Source: Octopus sinensis
Lineage: Eukaryota
Assembly (NCBI RefSeq): GCF_006345805.1
Contig: NC_043007.1
Location: 16,120,001 to 16,184,000, forward strand
Length of the DNA stretch: 64,000 bases
Reading direction: 5' to 3'
Every line of letters starts with the position of its first letter. Positions within the stretch are counted from its first letter, which is position 1. Under the pieces are notes generated by a model. That model was not told the origin of the DNA. It made no database searches and saw only the letters and a list, made by a program, of their open reading frames with translations. The translations under genes and the position numbers were made by a program. Below are positions 36,788-64,000 of the stretch, piece by piece.

Positions 36788-37514
36788 TAGATAGATAGAT
36801 AGATAGATTATATATATATATAGATAGATATATAGATATATATATATATATTATATATATATATATACATACAAATACGTATATACATGCACACACGCAT
36901 ACATACTAGATTTATATATATACATCGATGCAATGACCCATATTTTACCATCAAAACACTCAACACTAAATGATACCAATGACCTTCAAATTAAAATTCT
37001 GTCAACGAGACTTTAACTTGACTCCATAACCTTTCTCATCCTTATTAATTGTCAAATCATCATTCTTCGGCATAAACATGTTTATACCCTTACAGTCTTT
37101 ATGATAATAAATCTTTCATGACAAATCTAACGAACACACATGCCACCAGTGTTAACAGATAAAAACGAAGAAATATTATTGAAAATTCATATTTAAAAAT
37201 GTATCCATTTCACACCATAAAGCCTAGATACAAGCAAGCCAAATCTACACTCGATAGGTAAAATATCAATCGTACGCACGTATGAAGACTCCCAATCCGT
37301 GATGGAACTGCTGACTATTGTGAAGTATTAAATCTTCCAATTTCCACAATAATTCTTCACACTAGAAGCACATAAAACTGTCACTTATTTAGTGACATCT
37401 TACTTATGCTTCTACATATACATAAGTACATACACATAGACACACAGACATTCCCTAACACGTGTTTGGGTATATATGTGAGTATGTGCATATATGCAAG
37501 TATATTCATATATA

Positions 37515-37705
37515 TAGGGAGAGTTTACGAAAAAAACAAAAGACGAAGACAGGTGGTGTACAAAACAAACAGATGTATTAGTATAACGCTCAGGAATGGA
37601 AAAAGTCTTTTACGTTTCGAGCCTACGCTCTTCTACAGAAAGGGACACAGAAAAAACAAGGAGCGAAAAAAAATGTGTGTACTGGCTAACGATCTATCAT
37701 ATATA
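37515..37705 (-). mobile_element. PLE pseudo-LTR-type repeat (CUGUAGA hammerhead-like family)
   Basis: Near-identical to 11120-11310. Confidence 0.6.
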
Positions 37706-37814
37706 TATTCATATATACATATATATATATATGTGTGTGCACACACACACACACACACACACACGCGCGCACACACATACACACACACATACACACACAC
37801 ATGTAAATGTTGAA

Positions 37815-38110
37815 CGATGAAAATGAGTGTTCAACACCGAATTGGTGCATATGATTTCTTTAGTCGTGAATTAAGGCTATCATTGGTTTCATGTTAAGAA
37901 AAGTAGGAATATATCCTGATGTATTAACAATTTTTAAAGCCGATCACATAGAGGAAGTTGTTCGCTTCCATTTTGGAAAATACAGTCACGTTTATTTCGC
38001 TGAGATTCTCGTGAATTCTCGTGAATAAAAACCAATGAATAAAGGACGTTTCACTCGAGTGGATTCTTTTAAATGTTTGTCTCCTTTGGATTTTTCGTTT
38101 GGGCAAACTC
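37815..38110. repeat. Interspersed repeat family also at 43091-43291, 43560-43805 and 43920-44220
   Basis: Shared cattggtttcatgttaagaaaagt...gcttccattt blocks; class unknown. Confidence 0.6.
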
Positions 38111-39580
38111 TTGTATGGTCAATTTGTTTGCATTATTTTCTTTTCGTTCTGGTTGTGGTATTCTTATACTTGTGTGCTAAGGTAGTCCATCATTGAGGAG
38201 TATTTCTTCTGTTCGAGGAATCTGTGTGCTATGTATTTTTAGATTCCACTTTCAGGAATGGTCTATCCTGGTGAGATTACAGACGCGGATGGTGGCTCTT
38301 CTTTGAAGTATTTGAGTGCAGAATATTGTTTGTGTATGCAGGGAGAGGAGGTGGAAAAAATCATTACATTGAACTTCAAAGGAAAACATAACTGTCGTTG
38401 CATTAATTCTTATTGTGAAGGCATTCAGATTTGTCACTTGAAAACACACCATACTTCACTGCATACACCAGTATGACCAGTAGTTCCCGATATTTATATG
38501 TCCAGCCAGAAAATGGACAAACATATCCAGTAAGTCCAACAATCCCAAGTAATTTTCATTATGTCGAGGGCCAACAATTTCTTCACGACCACAGAGAAAA
38601 CTATTAAAATCTTTATAACAATAAACAAAACGAGATTTGTAATCACTGCATCGCACTAATTATTTTTATTAATTCATTGAGTAAAAGACTGAATTAAAAT
38701 ACATTTTTATTATAGAAGATATTTTGAATCATAGATTAAATCCGAATATTGATTCCCCTGTTAGTATTATACCTTTGAGGGGATCACGACCAAATAAAGA
38801 GAAAGACTCTTGAACTGCAAAATTCTTGAACCAAAACAGTTATTTTATCAATTTATAATTCGCATAGACACACGTACAGTATTTTGATAAAATGTTGAGA
38901 ATTGAGATGAAAAACAAAGCCAACCTCGGCAGCATTTGAACTCAAAAGATGAAGCCGGAAGTAATATTGCTAAACATTTTGTCCGGCGTGAAAGCGATTC
39001 TGCCAGCACATCCTCTTTGCGATAGCAATATAATAATAAAACATGCACAAAATCACTGATTTGGAATCGATAGATTTCTCATATTTAATGTGAGGTCTTT
39101 AAAAATGCGGGACCTATAAAATATAGTATTGCAACAAATTTAGTCTGACACGGGACCTCCCAAATTTCCTCACATATGATACACATTATGCCAAACTGCT
39201 TGTCTGTGTTCTGTCTGTTTAATCAAGGCTGGCTTGGGACTGTATAGCACCAACAAAAAGTTATTGTAAACAAGTTGTTAAATGTTGATATTAATAGATT
39301 GGTAACCTTTTCTAGTTAAACTGAAAATGTGAGAACAAGATGACTGTCAGTAATTTCCAGTGAACTTAGTACTCATGCACTTGGAAAAAAGCGACCTCGA
39401 TTATAGGAATATTCGTTGCAAGCTAAACTGCTAACCTACTTATTTTCGGTTGACTTAGAGCATATTTATATCATGTTATCTGCACAAATTTGTGTACAGG
39501 AAGTAAAGCACAATCGTCCTAAAGAAAACTAGGCTCTTAGCGAAAATATAAATACACTATTGCAGCAATAACGTAGGAAT

Positions 39581-60527
<20,947 letters not shown>

Positions 60528-60810
60528 GATATATTTGTCTTATATATTTGAGGGCACCACTTCACAGTTCACTGGCTGTACAGTTGAAAGTATATCACTT
60601 TGATGTAAAAAGATATCAAATTTCCGTAAAATACTACTATTTTTAAAATAGTATTTCACGAAATTACATAAATTTCAGTTCATTGACCTACACGCTACTG
60701 TTATCAACATGTGTGCAGGATTATCTACCCATAAACTTCATAAAATTTAGAGAATAGACATAGATAAGACAATAACTATTCCTACGATAGTTGCAATGTT
60801 TAATTTAATC

Positions 60811-60816
60811 AATAAA
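60811..60816 (+). promoter_or_regulatory. Likely polyadenylation signal of CYP gene C
   Basis: AATAAA in a context identical to gene A 16301-16306. Confidence 0.55.
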
Positions 60817-61940
60817 GCTCCAGTATTTTATTATTTTCTCTGAGTCACAACTTTATTAACCTAATTTCTTTCCATTCATTAGACTTTGATGTAACTCGTC
60901 GAAATGCAAACAAAAAGGCTGTCTATTATTTTATTTTTGAAAAGGGTTCAGCAACATGGGACTGGTATGTGCTGCCTTGAGGGTCCTGCTGGAACGAGAA
61001 AGACATCCCTTATAAGTATTTTGTTTACCAAAGTCTGTCAACATAAAACCAAAGCTATTTCCGTTCCTATTTCAGGTAATACAGTTATAGACCTTCCTGG
61101 GTCTGTGAATGTTTTATCTACTTTCAGTTTCCAATAGACTCGGCGCAAAATGTTTCATTGAATTGCAAAATTACCAGGTATTAGAGAACCGCGTGAAGCT
61201 TCTTAGATGCTCGGTGATTGTCTGGAGCCAACGTACAACAACACCGAACGTGCTTTGGAAGTCATGGAGAGAATACTGCAGGACTTGCATAACAGTAAAT
61301 ACTGAAAGATGAAGCGGGATAGCAGTGGTGTTTTCATGTGTCCTCTGTCAAACCCTGTCACTATCAAGATAAATATATAAAAAAGCTAATCACGCGCTTT
61401 GTTTCAAACCAAACTAAGTAACATCGACGTCAAATTTGAGCGAAATCCGTTGAAACTGGTAAACGTTTGGATGAAGATGGTTTGCAGACAATTTGATTGG
61501 AAAACCTCATAAGGAATCGTTTTATCGATTTTTCTATGCTTTTTTTTTTTGAGAACTTAAATCATTCAAAGATCCCATGAGTCCGATGTAACGCCGACAT
61601 CAAGTTTGAACAAAACACATCAAAATTGGTAAAAGTTATGGTTGAAAAGTTATGGTAGCCAATTTTAGTGAGAATTCCTCTAAGGAATCAGTTAATCGAT
61701 TTTTCATCCTCATTGAATGGAAACCCCAAAAGGAATCGGTTTATTGATTTTTCACCCCCAAATAGGGCTTAACCGAACACAACACTGCTGATTCAAAAAA
61801 TCTATATTTATACATTAGAGAAGGTTGCATCGAGGTGTGTTTCACGTTATGATACATACAACACCACACACACCCACTACAAACACACACACACACACAT
61901 ATACTAGTATATATTATATACATATGTCACATTCTCTACT

Positions 61941-61964
<24 letters not shown>

Positions 61965-61971
<7 letters not shown>

Positions 61972-63085
61972 CTATAGGAAACAGTAAAAATATTACAGAC
62001 ATGGACAAGAACATGAACACCACAGAGCGACACAAGAACCACAGGACGGGACATTCGAAGCCCTCAGTCATCAGTCAAGAACCAGATCATCTTAGCAATT
62101 TCGGCTGATTATCTTGAGATTGCTCCGATATGCCAGCCAGCCAAGGGAAATCTAAGCCAAGCGCATTAGATCCCCTGGAAGAAAGCTTCGAATGTATACA
62201 ACGCGAGGACGGAAAACGAACGAAGTACATAAACAAAAATACAGAATACGTGACACCATAAGAATACAAAAACGTAAAAACATAATTAAAAAAAAACGGT
62301 AAAAATAAAAATAAAAAATAATAACAACAAAACAAAACCAGACGTGGGACAAGGTTCCTTTCGACGGACGAGTTAAGTATGGGGCTGGCTTGTGAAGTTG
62401 TTGCCATGGCCACGGGGAGACGAACAAATACGTGTTTGCTTCTGCGGCTGCTGAAACAAAGAGCGCTCAACGGCGGCTAGCTTTCAGTCACGTGAGACAG
62501 AAAGACAGAGAAATGGGACAGATGAAAGAGAGAGAAGGTGACGATGGAGGAGAAGAAAAGATACAGATCGAGGAGGCTGGAGGGTTGAGAGAGATAGAGA
62601 AACGTAGAAGGGGGGGAGACGGATGGAGAGGGAAAGAAAGGAAGGGAATAAGGGAGGAAGAGAGAGAGAGAAAAAGAGACAGATTAAGAGTCGTATCAAT
62701 GCTAGAGAAAAAATATACTTATCGATAAGGTCAATTGTGATACGTAGCCGCCCGATTATATATGTAAACAGTAAAAATAATTGCAGACATGGACAAGAAC
62801 ATGAAACACCACAGAGACGACACGAACCACAGGACGGGACATTCCGAAGCCCTCAGTCATCAGTCCAGAACCAGATCATCTTAGCAATTTCGGCTGATTA
62901 ATCTTGGATTGCTCGATATGGCCAGCCAGCCAAGGGAAATCTAAGCCAAGCGCATTAGATCCCCTGGAAGAAGCTTCGAATGTATACAACGCGAGGACGG
63001 AAAACGAACGAAGTAATAAACAAAAATACAGAATACGTGACACCATAGAAGATACAAAAACGTAAAAACATAACGGTAAAATTAA
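61965..63085. mobile_element. Two ~330-bp direct repeats (PLE pseudo-LTR-like) around a purine-rich spacer
   Basis: 61965-62330 is roughly 90% identical (by eye) to 62760-63085; decayed CTGATGA motif on -. Confidence 0.6.
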
Positions 63086-63933
63086 AAAAAAAAAAATAAT
63101 AAACACCAAAACATATTATATATATATATATTATATATATATAATGAACCATGTAATTCACACTCTGGAAAATTTATTTCTGTAAAATGTTGGGAGTGGA
63201 TAACATTTCCGAGGCTTCCACCTCACCTCACCCCATTTTTCGAACCCAAAAAGTGTTTTGTAGCATATTAGGAGGTCACAGGAATTCATTCAACGAAAAA
63301 AAAAAAGCAAAAAGAATTCCCAATGATTCCGGGGTTGGATGGGGGCTCGCCCCCACCTTTTTTTTCGAACCAAAATAAGAGATTTGCAGCATATTAGGAG
63401 GTGAGGGTACTTGATTCCACGTAAAAAATCTAAGTGTATTTCTTTTTTCTTAGTGAAAATCGTGCAGGTATTAATCTAAAAATTTACTCATTGTTTTTCT
63501 TTCTCGCCATTGCTAGACAGGTGACTTAACTCATATTAGCAAACTTACAGGTTTCACCGACGTGGCAATTGATAAACGTTATGGTTGAAAATCTATTTTT
63601 ATCACTATCTGTGGGTGCCTCGGGGAAAATAAGTTGACAAAAACACAGTCGTGACCGTAACCAATGTCCTAAAATTGTAGTGACATGCGTGCTAATTTGT
63701 GGACGTGCATAAATTACATTCACGTGTACACACACACACACACATCCTGCATTTTATAGATAAATAGATAAATAAGTGATTTAAAATAAATATATTTTAA
63801 TTGTTGTGTAAGAAAGTATATATAATCTGATTATAAAACAGTGTCTTTCAAAAACATCCTAAATTTGAAGAATATATCTCGTGTTTAAGAAAAAAAGCAT
63901 TTTACACTTTTATTTTTGATGAACGCAGTCTAT

Positions 63934-63978
<45 letters not shown>

Positions 63979-64000
63979 TCACTCCGCTATGACAAGAAGG

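Noticed and set aside
39547-39580. TATAAAT just upstream of the gene C ATG (similar tttaaatac...tgcag spacing before the gene B ATG)
   Set aside because: Too close to the ATG to be a confident TATA box and common in AT-rich DNA. The conserved tgcag might be a 5' UTR acceptor, but it lacks a pyrimidine tract and cannot be resolved without transcript data.

Overview
AT-rich, microsatellite- and SINE-dense eukaryotic genomic DNA. The repeat families suggest a cephalopod (Octopus-like) genome; this is inference. The window holds a local cluster of three paralogous clan-2 (CYP2-like) cytochrome P450 genes sharing one 8-exon structure (370/226/127/157/137/97/207/179 nt). Gene A is on + (exons 2-8 at 60-16029; exon 1 lies upstream of the window). 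Gene B is on - (complete, 499 aa, 30532-19177), tail-to-tail with A, with a GC-AG first intron. Gene C is on + (39581-60527), head-to-head with B, intact except for five 1-bp deletions in exon 8 at the heme motif, so it is either a pseudogene or a consensus error. Introns and spacers carry a decayed Penelope-like element (RT + GIY-YIG, inverted pseudo-LTRs), a DD37D maT element, mariner remnants, an R2-superfamily restriction-like endonuclease fragment, CR1/Jockey fragments, MITEs and at least four tRNA-derived SINE families. The least expected signal is about 15 type I hammerhead-ribozyme motifs, intact or decayed, in Penelope-type terminal repeats. They include a U3:A8 core-covariant family, a family with CUGUAGA in every copy seen, long palindromes carrying head-to-head ribozyme pairs, and canonical sense-strand hammerheads in intron 5 of both gene A and gene C. 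All alignments and folds were done by eye; repeat coordinates are approximate.
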